The notes under the pieces are model-generated. The model saw only the letters and a list, made by a program, of their open reading frames with translations, was not told where the DNA came from and did no database searches. DNA of 64,000 nt from assembly GCA_965240335.1 (NCBI GenBank), contig CBDEKM010000018.1, positions 73,417 through 137,416 on the forward strand, written 5' to 3'. Both the position numbers and the translations under genes were made by a program. Position 1 is the stretch's first letter, and each line of letters begins with the position of its first letter. Positions 37,135-46,548 of this stretch are shown one piece after another. This DNA comes from a bacterium (GTDB lineage: Bacteria > JAAXHH01).

Positions 37135-38181
37135 ATGAGACCGATGATTCACTTCATGAGGCGTATGCAGACGCTGTTTCCGCTGACCCTGGGCCTGTTT
37201 ATTATAGGAATGGGTTGCGGGGGGACAGCGCCTCCCGACGACAACCGGCTCGTGATCTCCATGATCGCCAAGAGCACGACCAATCCCGTGTTCCTTTCTT
37301 CCCGTACCGGCGCGGAGGCCGCCGCTCGAGCGCTTTCGGATGAGCACGGCATCGACATCGTGATCGACTGGCGCACGCCGCCGACGGAGGACGGCCAGGT
37401 CCAGGCCCAGCGCATCGCGCAGGCGGTGAACGAAGGCGCCGACGTGGTCCTGATCTCCTGTTCGGATGCCGCCAAGGTTACAGGCGCCATCAATGACGCG
37501 GTAGACCGGGGTGTGCCGGTCATGACCTTCGACAGCGATGCGCCCGATTCCCGGCGGTTCGCCTTCTTCGGCGTGGACGACATCAAGACCGGCGGACTGA
37601 TCATGGAAGAACTGGCCGTGGCGATGAACGGCAAGGGCCGCGTGGCCATCCTCGCGGGCAACCAGAACGCCCCGAATCTGCGCAGACGCGTAGAAGGGGT
37701 CCTGCAGAAGGCCGCGGAGTACCCGGACATCTCGATCGTCGGGACCTTCTTCCACATCGAAACCCCCCAGGACGCCGCCGCCGAAGTGGTGCGGGTCAAC
37801 AATGCCTACCCGGACATCGAAGGATGGGCCATGGTCGGTGGATGGGCGCTGTTCACCCAGACCCTGCTGACCGACCTGGACCCCGAACGAATGAAGATCA
37901 TCTCCGTCGACGCGCTGCCGCCCCAGCTGACTTACATCGAACAGGGCATCGTGCCTGTGCTCTGGGGACAGCCCACCTACCTGTGGGGATACGAATCCGT
38001 CCGCCTGATCGTCGAGAAGATCCACCTGAAGCAGGACGTGGCCGTCATCAATCCGCTCGAGCTGGTCCACGTGTCGCAGAAGAACCTCGGAGAATGGGCG
38101 AAGATGCTCCAGGGATGGGGATTCACGGATGTACCCGAACGGTACCTGCAGATGGAGGAACCGGCGGCTTCGGGCGACTGA
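37135..38181 (+). CDS. sugar ABC transporter substrate-binding lipoprotein (RbsB/periplasmic-binding-protein type I)
   Basis: 348 aa; lipobox (FIIGMGCGG); PBP type-1 fold. Confidence 0.8.
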   Translation: MRPMIHFMRRMQTLFPLTLGLFIIGMGCGGTAPPDDNRLVISMIAKSTTNPVFLSSRTGAEAAARALSDEHGIDIVIDWRTPPTEDGQVQAQRIAQAVNEGADVVLISCSDAAKVTGAINDAVDRGVPVMTFDSDAPDSRRFAFFGVDDIKTGGLIMEELAVAMNGKGRVAILAGNQNAPNLRRRVEGVLQKAAEYPDISIVGTFFHIETPQDAAAEVVRVNNAYPDIEGWAMVGGWALFTQTLLTDLDPERMKIISVDALPPQLTYIEQGIVPVLWGQPTYLWGYESVRLIVEKIHLKQDVAVINPLELVHVSQKNLGEWAKMLQGWGFTDVPERYLQMEEPAASGD

Positions 38182-38234
38182 CCAAACCGCCGCCCCGAAC
38201 GCTCGACTCAGGCGACTTATTTCCCGGTGACACC

Positions 38235-39734
38235 ATGGACCATGACCCTCCGCACCCCTACATCGAATTCGAACGGATCTCCAAGCGCTTTCCCAGCGTG
38301 ACCGCACTCGACGAGGTATCCTTCGGTATAGAAGCGGGTACCTGTCACGCCGTGGTCGGTGAAAACGGCGCGGGGAAAAGCACGCTGGGCCGGATCCTGA
38401 CCGGAATCTACGATCTCGACAGTGGACAGATTCGCATAGATGGGCGACCCGCGCAGTTGAATGAACCACGGGACGCCCTGGACATGGGCATCGGCATGGT
38501 CCACCAGGAACTCGTATTCTGCGAGAACCTGTCCGTGGCCGAGAACCTCTGCCTGGGCGCCCTGCCCGGCAAAGCCGGATTCGTATCCGATCGGAAGATG
38601 GAAGACCGGGCCAGGAACATGCTTGCGGCGGTCGACGTGGACATGGACGTGGGAACGCCCATCGGTGAACTGCCGGTCGCCCAGCAGCAACTCGTCCAGG
38701 TCGCGGCGGCCCTTGGCAGCGGCGCCCGCGTGATCGTCTTTGACGAACCGACCAGCAGCCTGTCTCACGTGGAAGCCGAACGGCTGCGGGAGAACATCCG
38801 GCATCTCAAGGCGAAGGGCGTGACGTCGATCTACATATCCCACGACCTGGACGAGATCTTCCGCCTGTGCGATTTCGTGACGGTACTTCGCGACGGCCGG
38901 CACGTGGCTACCCGGCCGGTCTTCGAACTCGACCGGTCCACGCTGATCAACCTGATGATCGGGCGCACTTTCGAGGCCTACTTCCCTTCCCACGTGGAAA
39001 CAGAACCCGGCGATGAGATGCTGGACGTGGACGGACTTTCCAGTTCGGGCAAGTTCGAGAACGTGTCCTTCTCGGTACGGTCCGGGGAGGTACTCGCCCT
39101 GGCCGGCCTGGTAGGCGCCGGCCGGACCGAAGTGCTGCAGGCCGTATTCGGGTTGGATCCCTTGGCCACGGGGCGGATCCGCGTAGCCGGCCGGCCTGTA
39201 AACATCAGGCATCCTATCGACGCGATGCGGACAGGCATCGGGCTCGTGCCCGAAGAACGGAAGCGATACGGTCTCGTCCTGTCCCTCAAAGTAGAGCAAA
39301 ACATCGGCCTTCCCACCCTGACCCGCCGGTCCGAATTCGGGTGGATCCGCGGCAAACGGGAAGGAGACCTGGCGCGGGAATACGTTAAGCGGCTATCGGT
39401 GCGTCCGGACGATGTCCGGTATGAAACGGCGGGGTTGTCTGGAGGCAATCAGCAGAAGGTGGTCCTGGCCAAGTGGCTGGCCGCTCGGTGCCCGGTCCTG
39501 CTGATCGACGAACCCACCCGGGGCGTGGACGTGGGCGCCAAATCGGAAATGCATGCCCTGATCGACGAATTGGCCCACGAAGGCACGGCCATTGTGCTCG
39601 TGTCGAGCGAGTTACCGGAGGTGCTCAACCTTTCGACGCGGATCATGGTGCTCCGTGCGGGATGTATTGCGGGCGAACTGTCCCGCGAAGAAGCGGACCA
39701 GGGCACGGTGATGCGGATGATGGCGGGGATGTAA
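38235..39734 (+). CDS. sugar ABC transporter ATP-binding protein, tandem ABC domains (RbsA/MglA type)
   Basis: ORF 37824, but the in-frame N-terminal part overlaps the SBP. ATG 38235 (MDHDPPHPYIEFERISKRF...). Walker A GENGAGKST; second ABC domain with LSGGNQQKV. Confidence 0.85.
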   Translation: MDHDPPHPYIEFERISKRFPSVTALDEVSFGIEAGTCHAVVGENGAGKSTLGRILTGIYDLDSGQIRIDGRPAQLNEPRDALDMGIGMVHQELVFCENLSVAENLCLGALPGKAGFVSDRKMEDRARNMLAAVDVDMDVGTPIGELPVAQQQLVQVAAALGSGARVIVFDEPTSSLSHVEAERLRENIRHLKAKGVTSIYISHDLDEIFRLCDFVTVLRDGRHVATRPVFELDRSTLINLMIGRTFEAYFPSHVETEPGDEMLDVDGLSSSGKFENVSFSVRSGEVLALAGLVGAGRTEVLQAVFGLDPLATGRIRVAGRPVNIRHPIDAMRTGIGLVPEERKRYGLVLSLKVEQNIGLPTLTRRSEFGWIRGKREGDLAREYVKRLSVRPDDVRYETAGLSGGNQQKVVLAKWLAARCPVLLIDEPTRGVDVGAKSEMHALIDELAHEGTAIVLVSSELPEVLNLSTRIMVLRAGCIAGELSREEADQGTVMRMMAGM

Positions 39735-39984
39735 CGGGAGGTGGGGTTACAACACTGATCCTTTTATCAGATCGGATTTTCTATCAACCTATATATCCGT
39801 AGAATGCAAAAGCCTTTCCCAAATCCCTGTATTGTAATTGTTAACGATTTTTTGATCGCTGAAATGACTAATCAGAAAGTAACTGGTGAATACAGAACTA
39901 ATCTGAAACTTAACTGAGTCAGAAGAACACCTGGTTGATTGATTCAATGGAAACCTTGTAAACGAAGCTAAGGAATGACTTGAA

Positions 39985-40632
39985 GTGAATCTTACTTCCA
40001 ACGAGATCATATCAATTATTCTGTTTCTACTGCCTGGATTTGTAACAGCGGCGATTTTCTTCAGTTACACCTCACATCTCAAACCCAGCCCGTTTGAACG
40101 AGTAATCCAGGCATTGGTTTTCACGATTGTGAACCACGCAACGGTAGAGGTCATACGATTGTGTGGAAAGGTTATTCAATGGTTTTCTGTGCAGATGGAT
40201 GTCGTTTGGATTCGTGTGACTGTAACACAAGTGGCGGTGGTATTGGATTTGATCCCAGACACATTGCTATATGTTACATTTGCAGTTTTGCTTGGTCTTA
40301 CTGCTGTTTATATTGCTAACAATGACACATTCCACCGAATACTTCGCAGATACAGGCTCACTGTGGAGGATTCCTACCCGTCGGAATGGTATTCTGCTTT
40401 CGCGCAAAATAGATCTTATGTCGTTCTACATCTTATTGGCCAGAGACGACTATATGGTTGGCCAAAAGAATGGTCCGGCAACCCAGACAGTGGCCATTTG
40501 TTGATTGCAGAATGTGAATGGCTAGACGGAGATCAGCAAATTCCAGTAAATGGAGTTGATACTATGCTGATACCGGTATCCGATGTGGAAATGGTAGAAT
40601 TTGTAGAGTTAAATCAAGAAGATCAGGAGTAG
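39985..40632 (+). CDS. hypothetical protein, N-terminal 2-3 TM helices + ~100-aa soluble acidic C-terminal domain; encoded in an AT-rich island
   Basis: 215 aa, GTG start (VNLTSNEIISIILFLLPGFVTAAIFFSY...); ~42% GC versus ~64% for neighbours; no recognisable family. Confidence 0.55.
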   Translation: MNLTSNEIISIILFLLPGFVTAAIFFSYTSHLKPSPFERVIQALVFTIVNHATVEVIRLCGKVIQWFSVQMDVVWIRVTVTQVAVVLDLIPDTLLYVTFAVLLGLTAVYIANNDTFHRILRRYRLTVEDSYPSEWYSAFAQNRSYVVLHLIGQRRLYGWPKEWSGNPDSGHLLIAECEWLDGDQQIPVNGVDTMLIPVSDVEMVEFVELNQEDQE

Positions 40633-40635
40633 ACC

Positions 40636-40752
40636 ATGGCTAAGGAACCAGTTTTTCCTTTGAGAAAACCTATCAGTACAAGAGGGACAACACCAAAACC
40701 ACCAAATGTAGTCAAACCACCGCCGCCACCACCACCACCGCCTAAAAAGTAA
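40636..40752 (+). CDS. 38-aa proline-rich peptide MAKEPVFPLRKPISTRGTTPKPPNVVKPPPPPPPPPKK
   Basis: ATG 3 nt after the upstream stop with AGGAG 7 nt upstream (translational coupling); nine consecutive Pro codons; AT-rich codon usage like the upstream gene; below the ORF-track size cutoff. Confidence 0.4.
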   Translation: MAKEPVFPLRKPISTRGTTPKPPNVVKPPPPPPPPPKK

Positions 40753-40776
40753 TGGTTAAACAAGGTGTGATGATTA

Positions 40777-41595
40777 TTACATATCCCGCTTCGGCGGCGC
40801 GGCCGCGACCCCTTCCATGCCGCCGCTCACCCGAAGGACTACTCCGGTAATCCAGCCCGCCGCGGGACTGCAGAGGAACGCCACGCCGTTGGCGATGTCC
40901 TCCGGATCGCCCCACCTGCCCAGGGGAATGGCGCCGCGGATGCGTTCGATCATCTGGTCTTCGGTCAACCCCAGTGTTTTGCTGCGCTGGGCCATGTTCG
41001 ACCGGTTGAATTCGGTGTAGACCGGACCCGGGCAGACGGCGTTCACCCGGACTCCATACGCCGCCAGTTCAAGCGCCAGCGTTCGTGTGAGACTGATTAC
41101 CCCCTCCTTGGCCACGTTGTACGCCGCGACCAGGGCCGCAGGATTCTGTCCGTTGATGGAAGAGATGTTCACGATACAACCTGATTCCTGCCGTTCCATG
41201 ATCCCGCCCGCGGCCCGGCAGCAGTAAAACGTCCCGGTCAGCGTAACCCGCATGACCCGTTCCCACTCCGCATCGTCCAGTTCGACGACGGGCGTTACCT
41301 TCTGGCCAACCCCGGCGTTGTTTACCAGTATGTCCAGCCGGCCATGGTCGTCGTTGATCGCACTGAAAAACGCATTAACCGAAACGCTGTCCGCCACGTT
41401 CAGGTACCCGGGAACCACCTCCAACCCCTTCTCTTGAAGCTTCCTGGCTTCTTCTCCCACCTTCTCGCGCTGCAAGTCCGCCATCAGCACGGTCGCGCCA
41501 TTCCGCGCCAGCCGTTCAGAAATGCCCAGTCCAAGCCCCTGCGCCGCGCCGGTCACGACGGCTATGGTTCCGTCTATACGAAGTGGGTCGTCCAT
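40777..41595 (-). CDS. SDR-family oxidoreductase (3-oxoacyl-ACP reductase-like)
   Basis: ORF to 41694; ATG 41595 (MDDPLRIDGTIAVVTGAAQGLGLGI...) with AAAGGA upstream; TGxxxGxG, NNAG, YxxxK. Confidence 0.85.
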   Translation of the reverse strand: MDDPLRIDGTIAVVTGAAQGLGLGISERLARNGATVLMADLQREKVGEEARKLQEKGLEVVPGYLNVADSVSVNAFFSAINDDHGRLDILVNNAGVGQKVTPVVELDDAEWERVMRVTLTGTFYCCRAAGGIMERQESGCIVNISSINGQNPAALVAAYNVAKEGVISLTRTLALELAAYGVRVNAVCPGPVYTEFNRSNMAQRSKTLGLTEDQMIERIRGAIPLGRWGDPEDIANGVAFLCSPAAGWITGVVLRVSGGMEGVAAAPPKRDM

Positions 41596-41608
41596 GACGA
41601 AGGTCCTT

Positions 41609-43375
41609 TCATCCGTCCAATCTCTCCTTGCCGATGTACATCTCGGAGTACACGGTATTGTTTTCCCAGAAGGGATAGAACCCCGCGCGATCACGCTTCA
41701 GCCCCTTGAGCCACGGCTTGCGGAGTTGGAACCTGTGATCGTGCCATAGAAAGGCCCCGCCCACCTCGGAGGTCAGTATCCATTCCGCCTCTTCGTAAAG
41801 TTGCATCCGTATCTCGCGATCGATCTCCCCGCGGGCCCGGTCGATCAGATCATTGAATCGCGCATTGTCCCAGTCGTGCCGGGTGAATCCCCGGGGCTGG
41901 GAGCGCCAGGGTACGCCGAGCAGGCTCTGCGGGTCGGAGAAGTCGGCCCCGTATCCGACCATGCCGATCGGGATTTCCCACTCGTACATCAAGCGGTTGT
42001 ACGCGTTCGCCTGCATGTTGCGGATTTCGAGCTGGATTCCGAGGATATCGAGCAACTGCTCCTGGATCATCTGTACGGCCTGACCGCTTTGCGACGATGG
42101 CGGGGCGTCGCGAAGCCAGATTTCAAGGGCAGGGAACCCCTTGCCGCCGGGATATCCGGCTTCGGCCATCAGGCGCTTCGCAGTTTCCGGATCGAACTGC
42201 TGCAGATGTCTCAGACGATCACCGGCGTATCCCGGGAAATTGGGCGGACGCATGGTATAGGCGGGGCGTACCGCACCCTTGAACAATGCGTCGGCGATGG
42301 TCTGCTTGTCGATGGCCCAGGCAATGGCCCGCCGGACGCGGACATCGTTCAGGGGCGGTTCCCGGGTCCTGAAAAACAGGTATACCGTGGACACGCCGTT
42401 GAACTTCCAAAGCTGGTTATTCAGTTCAGGGTCATTTCTGATACGTTCGAGATCGGCCGGACTGCCCACGCCAACCAGGTCCACCTCGTCGTTCTCGTAC
42501 GGCAACAGTCCCATGCCGCCGGACGCGCTGCCGGTCCCCGCCATTCCCGAGAAGAGGCGTACGATCTTCCTGAAGTGAGCGGGATTGTTGCCTTCGTAGT
42601 AAGGATTGAGCCGGAAGGTCATGTATTTCCCCTGGACCCATTCGTCCAGCCGGAAGGCGGAATTGCTCACGCACCGTCCGGCTTCTGTCCAGCGGTTTCC
42701 GTATTTCTCCACCTGCCAGCGCGGTACCGGCGAGGAAGCCGTGTACGACGTAACGTAGGGAAAGTAGGCGCAGGGTTCTTCGGTCTCGATTTCAAATGTC
42801 AGGTCGTCGATCGCCCGTACACCGAGCATATCCGGGTCGTCGGTCTTTCGCTGGTTGTACGCCCTGGCGCCCTTGATGTCATAGTAGAAGAAGGCGTACA
42901 CGTTGCCGCTGTCCGGGTGGAGCAGGCGTTTGTACGTGTATTCGAAGTCGTGGGCGGTGACCGGCGTGCCGTCGCTCCAGCGCGTGCCCGGATGGAGGTG
43001 AAAAGTCCAGGTTTTGCCATCGGACGAACGCTCCCAACGGTCCGCAGCGCCTGGGACGAGTTCTTCGTTCTCGTCGATCATGCAGAGCCGTTCGAAGAGG
43101 AACGCGCTGCCCAGGGATTCGTATAGGGCGACGCTGACGTCCAGGCTGGAGGGTTCGTTGGAGAAGTAACGGTACACCTGGCGTTCGGGGGGCGCCGCAT
43201 CGGCTGGAAGCGGCTCGGCCGCTGCTTCTTCCCCGGAGATCGTCTCTACAAATGGATGACCCGGAAGATGGGACTGTCCGTCATCGCAGGACGCATTCAA
43301 CAGCAGGGCGACGAGACCATTCAAGCAGAACGGAAGGAATGATCTCCTGTGTGCGAGCATATATCCTCGTCTCAT
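41609..43375 (-). CDS. ABC transporter substrate-binding lipoprotein, family 5 (peptide/nickel type)
   Basis: 588 aa; lipobox LLNASC; paralogous to the 14575 SBP (same HLHPGTRWSDGTPVTAHDF motif region). Confidence 0.85.
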   Translation of the reverse strand: MRRGYMLAHRRSFLPFCLNGLVALLLNASCDDGQSHLPGHPFVETISGEEAAAEPLPADAAPPERQVYRYFSNEPSSLDVSVALYESLGSAFLFERLCMIDENEELVPGAADRWERSSDGKTWTFHLHPGTRWSDGTPVTAHDFEYTYKRLLHPDSGNVYAFFYYDIKGARAYNQRKTDDPDMLGVRAIDDLTFEIETEEPCAYFPYVTSYTASSPVPRWQVEKYGNRWTEAGRCVSNSAFRLDEWVQGKYMTFRLNPYYEGNNPAHFRKIVRLFSGMAGTGSASGGMGLLPYENDEVDLVGVGSPADLERIRNDPELNNQLWKFNGVSTVYLFFRTREPPLNDVRVRRAIAWAIDKQTIADALFKGAVRPAYTMRPPNFPGYAGDRLRHLQQFDPETAKRLMAEAGYPGGKGFPALEIWLRDAPPSSQSGQAVQMIQEQLLDILGIQLEIRNMQANAYNRLMYEWEIPIGMVGYGADFSDPQSLLGVPWRSQPRGFTRHDWDNARFNDLIDRARGEIDREIRMQLYEEAEWILTSEVGGAFLWHDHRFQLRKPWLKGLKRDRAGFYPFWENNTVYSEMYIGKERLDG

Positions 43376-43395
43376 TTCTGTATATTCAACAGGGC

Positions 43396-45060
43396 TTACA
43401 TTCCAAGCATATTCTTGGCGACTTCGCGCGCCTCATCCAGCGTTTCCACGATGTGTGCAGCAGGTACGCGCTGGATGATGCCAAGGGCGGACAGGGTCTC
43501 CTCGACCGATCCCGAAAGCGACATGACGATGTACCTGGTGTCCTCGCTCGCAGCGACATCCATGAGCTGTTCGACGACCATGGCCGCGCTGTCGTCGATG
43601 TACGTGGCGTCGGTGAAATCGAAGATGACTACGTCATGCTCCTTGATGTCCGCACTGATCACCCCCACCAGCTTCTTGGAGGAAGCGACGGTGAAACTCC
43701 CCCTGAGCGCCACCAGACCGACCCGGGCGGAGAACTGATCCTTGCTATCGGTGTCCGCTTCCCGGGTGAAGAACTGCTGGTCGAGGATCGGTACGGACAC
43801 CACGCTGTCCAGTTCCAGGTTTTCCAGCTTCCTGGCGTGGGCCATGCCCGCCACGATCAGTCCTATCGCCACCGCGGTGACCAGGTCGACGAAAACAGTC
43901 AGTCCCAGGGTGAGTAACAGGATAAAAAGATGTTCCCTGCGCAGTCGGTGGATCCGCGCCAGGGTCCGCCAGTCGACGATGTCCCATCCGACCTTCATCA
44001 GTATACCGGCCAGCACGGCATGCGGAATCGGTTCGACGATCCAGCCGAGGCCCATCAGGAGTAACAGCAGTAAGATAGAACGAATAGCGCCGGACAATCG
44101 GGTGGTACCGCCGGCCCTGATGTTGGTCACCGTACCCATGGTAGCGCCAGCGCCAGGGAGTCCGCCGATCAATCCGGCTACCATGTTGCCTATGCCCTGA
44201 CCCACCAGTTCCTGGTCCGCCCTGTGGCGCGTACCCGTCAGGGAGTCGGCGACCAGCGAGGTGAGCAGGCTGTCTACGGAACCAAGCAGAGCGAGGATGA
44301 GCGCGGGCTCGATGGCACGCAGCAGGAAGTCGGCCGTGGGTGGTACCAGGACGATCTCCGGTAATCCAGATGGTATGAGTCCTATGACAGGCACGTCGCT
44401 CAACCAGAGCACACTGAGCGTCGTACCGGCGACGAGGGCTACCAGGGTTCCTGGCAGTTGTCTTGAAAGCCGCCTGGGCCAGAGCACGCCAACGGCCAGG
44501 GTGATGAGGGCGATCGCGAAGGCGCTGTAGTTGATGTCCCCGATCACTTCCGACAGCGCTTGAATGGTTACGACGGCTCCACCCGGCGCGGCAGGTGCGC
44601 CAATGAATGGCAAAGCCTGGATCAGCATGACGATGAGACCGATGCCGGACATGAATCCGGAGATCACCACGTGGGGGGTATAGGCGACGAAACGGCCGAT
44701 CCTCAACGCGCCAAGCAGGACCTGCAGCAGGCCGCCCAGCATGACCACGATCAGCGCTTCTCCGATCGAACCCGCGTGTTCCGCGATGATGACCGCCATG
44801 GCCACGGCCATGGGCGCCGTCGGGCCGGATATCTGGGATCGAGTTCCCCCGAATACGGCGGCGAAGAAGCCGACGCCGATCGCACCGTACAGACCGGCCG
44901 CCGCGCCCATACCCGATGCAATACCAAAGGCGAGCGCAACCGGCAAACTTACTACCGCGGAAGTAATCCCACCAAACAGGTCACCACGTAAAGTGTCCAG
45001 GCTGTAGTTCAAGCGAGATCCTCCCTGAATCTCACGTGATTGGACTTGCTTCTCGTGCAA
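43396..45060 (-). CDS. SulP-family inorganic anion transporter with C-terminal STAS domain
   Basis: 554 aa; SulP N-terminal consensus (GDLFGGITSAVVSLPVALAFGIASG), STAS domain. Confidence 0.85.
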   Translation of the reverse strand: MHEKQVQSREIQGGSRLNYSLDTLRGDLFGGITSAVVSLPVALAFGIASGMGAAAGLYGAIGVGFFAAVFGGTRSQISGPTAPMAVAMAVIIAEHAGSIGEALIVVMLGGLLQVLLGALRIGRFVAYTPHVVISGFMSGIGLIVMLIQALPFIGAPAAPGGAVVTIQALSEVIGDINYSAFAIALITLAVGVLWPRRLSRQLPGTLVALVAGTTLSVLWLSDVPVIGLIPSGLPEIVLVPPTADFLLRAIEPALILALLGSVDSLLTSLVADSLTGTRHRADQELVGQGIGNMVAGLIGGLPGAGATMGTVTNIRAGGTTRLSGAIRSILLLLLLMGLGWIVEPIPHAVLAGILMKVGWDIVDWRTLARIHRLRREHLFILLLTLGLTVFVDLVTAVAIGLIVAGMAHARKLENLELDSVVSVPILDQQFFTREADTDSKDQFSARVGLVALRGSFTVASSKKLVGVISADIKEHDVVIFDFTDATYIDDSAAMVVEQLMDVAASEDTRYIVMSLSGSVEETLSALGIIQRVPAAHIVETLDEAREVAKNMLGM

Positions 45061-45324
45061 AACGCCCTATCTTCGCCTTGATACGCAAACCCGGCCGTTC
45101 GCCCATGACCCATGCGGCTGACTTTGCCCGCCATATCATGGGAAGTGGCACTACGTTTCGGGCTACGACTGCAAGATGCGCTTTCTCAGGATACCACATG
45201 GTATTGCGTGGGATATTCCAACAAAAGGAAATTATGAAGCGTGTTATGGTCAAGCGTTCCATTTGTAATTCCCAACGCTCCGCTCCTGCCTGGACCAAAC
45301 AGCAATAAACTGGTAGAATAAGTC

Positions 45325-46038
45325 ATGTGTGGCCGCCTTTCGCAAAACCTGACCTGGCAACAGATCTACACGTTGTATACCCTGCCTGTTTCATCACCGC
45401 GGATTGATCCGCAACCCAGGTACAACGGCGCTCCGACCCAGGAATTCGTCCTTTGCCGCCTGAATGAAAGCGGAACGAGATCCATGTCCGCGCTCCGATG
45501 GGGATTGGTTCCGTTCTGGGCAAAGGACGCCAAAATCGGCGCTCGGCTCATTAATGCAAGAGCGGAGACGGTAAAGGACAAACCCGCCTTCCGTTCAGCG
45601 TTCCGGGCGCGCCGGTGCCTCATCCCGACGAATGGATGGTTCGAATGGAGGCGGACCGGGCGGTCCGGGCGGTCCGGGCGGTCCGGGGGCAGCAAGCAAC
45701 CCTATTTCCTGGCACTCGAAAGCGGTTTCCCCGTTTCCTTCGCCGCACTGTGGGAGCAGTGGGCCCGGGACAGTCAACATCTCGAAACATTTACCATCAT
45801 CACGACCGATGCCTCGCCCTCTCTTTCAGATATACACGATCGCCAGCCCGCAGTGGTAGATTCCGACGATTTCACCGATTGGCTCGACCCCCAGACGCCG
45901 GTTGAAACGCTTCAGGAAATCATTCGGACGCCCCACGAAGGACCGTACGAAATCCGCCCTGTCAGCGACTTGGTAAACCGGGTAGCCAACGACACACCGG
46001 ACATCCTCACACCGCAGGTGAGAAATACGCTGTTCTAG
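45325..46038 (+). CDS. yedK: SOS response-associated peptidase (SRAP/YedK, abasic-site processing protein)
   Basis: 237 aa; N-terminal MCGR with catalytic Cys2; SRAP fold motifs (YNGAPTQ, NARAET, IPTNGWFEW). Confidence 0.85.
   Translation: MCGRLSQNLTWQQIYTLYTLPVSSPRIDPQPRYNGAPTQEFVLCRLNESGTRSMSALRWGLVPFWAKDAKIGARLINARAETVKDKPAFRSAFRARRCLIPTNGWFEWRRTGRSGRSGRSGGSKQPYFLALESGFPVSFAALWEQWARDSQHLETFTIITTDASPSLSDIHDRQPAVVDSDDFTDWLDPQTPVETLQEIIRTPHEGPYEIRPVSDLVNRVANDTPDILTPQVRNTLF
45657..45688. repeat. 9-bp perfect tandem repeat (cgggcggtc)x3 + partial, in-frame within yedK (encodes GRSGRSGRSG)
   Basis: Read directly; creates PGPPGPPGPP-type ORFs in other frames. Confidence 0.7.
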
Positions 46039-46065
46039 TGTTTCAACGCACGCGAGGCGCATACC

Positions 46066-46548
46066 ATGGTTCAACAGTCCCAGGGGATTCCGCGAGACGA
46101 TGCCGTAACGCTGCGACGTCTCGTCCTGGTCGTTCTTACGATAGGCATTGTGGGCGTTGGCTTAGAACTCATACTTCTGGAACACATGGAGGACAACTGG
46201 CAGTGGGTTCCTATTGTGCTCCTGGCGGCCGCTCTTCCGGTTTCGATCTGGCTCATACTCTCGCCCGGCTTTGCGAACGTACGAGCGTACCAGGTCCTGA
46301 TGGGGCTGTTCGTCCTGTCGGGGTTCACGGGGCAGTGGCTGCACTACCAGGGTAACGTGGAATTCGAACTGGAAATGTATCCATCGCGTGAAGGGCTGGA
46401 ATTGATCTGGGAGGCGCTGGGAGGCGCTTACCCGTCTCTCGCGCCAGGCACCATGACGCTCATCGGTCTGCTAGGAATGGTCGCCTGTCTTCGTCACCCG
46501 GCCTTGAAATCAAGCTGTAAATCAACCAAAACCATGGAGAAATCATGA
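46066..46548 (+). CDS. hypothetical membrane protein (4 predicted TM)
   Basis: 160 aa; hydrophobic segments; ATGA overlap with the next gene. Confidence 0.55.
   Translation: MVQQSQGIPRDDAVTLRRLVLVVLTIGIVGVGLELILLEHMEDNWQWVPIVLLAAALPVSIWLILSPGFANVRAYQVLMGLFVLSGFTGQWLHYQGNVEFELEMYPSREGLELIWEALGGAYPSLAPGTMTLIGLLGMVACLRHPALKSSCKSTKTMEKS

Noticed and set aside
36139-38469. 776-aa minus-strand ORF
   Set aside because: Antisense to three well-supported sugar ABC genes (permease, SBP, ATPase). Composition dominated by R/G/H/D with no domain signatures
41801-43126. 441-aa plus-strand ORF
   Set aside because: Antisense to the family-5 SBP gene, which has a lipobox and conserved SBP motifs
45032-45308. 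Two overlapping ~90-aa ORFs on opposite strands in the SulP/yedK divergent region
   Set aside because: No RBS and no conservation cues. Most likely promoter-containing intergenic DNA
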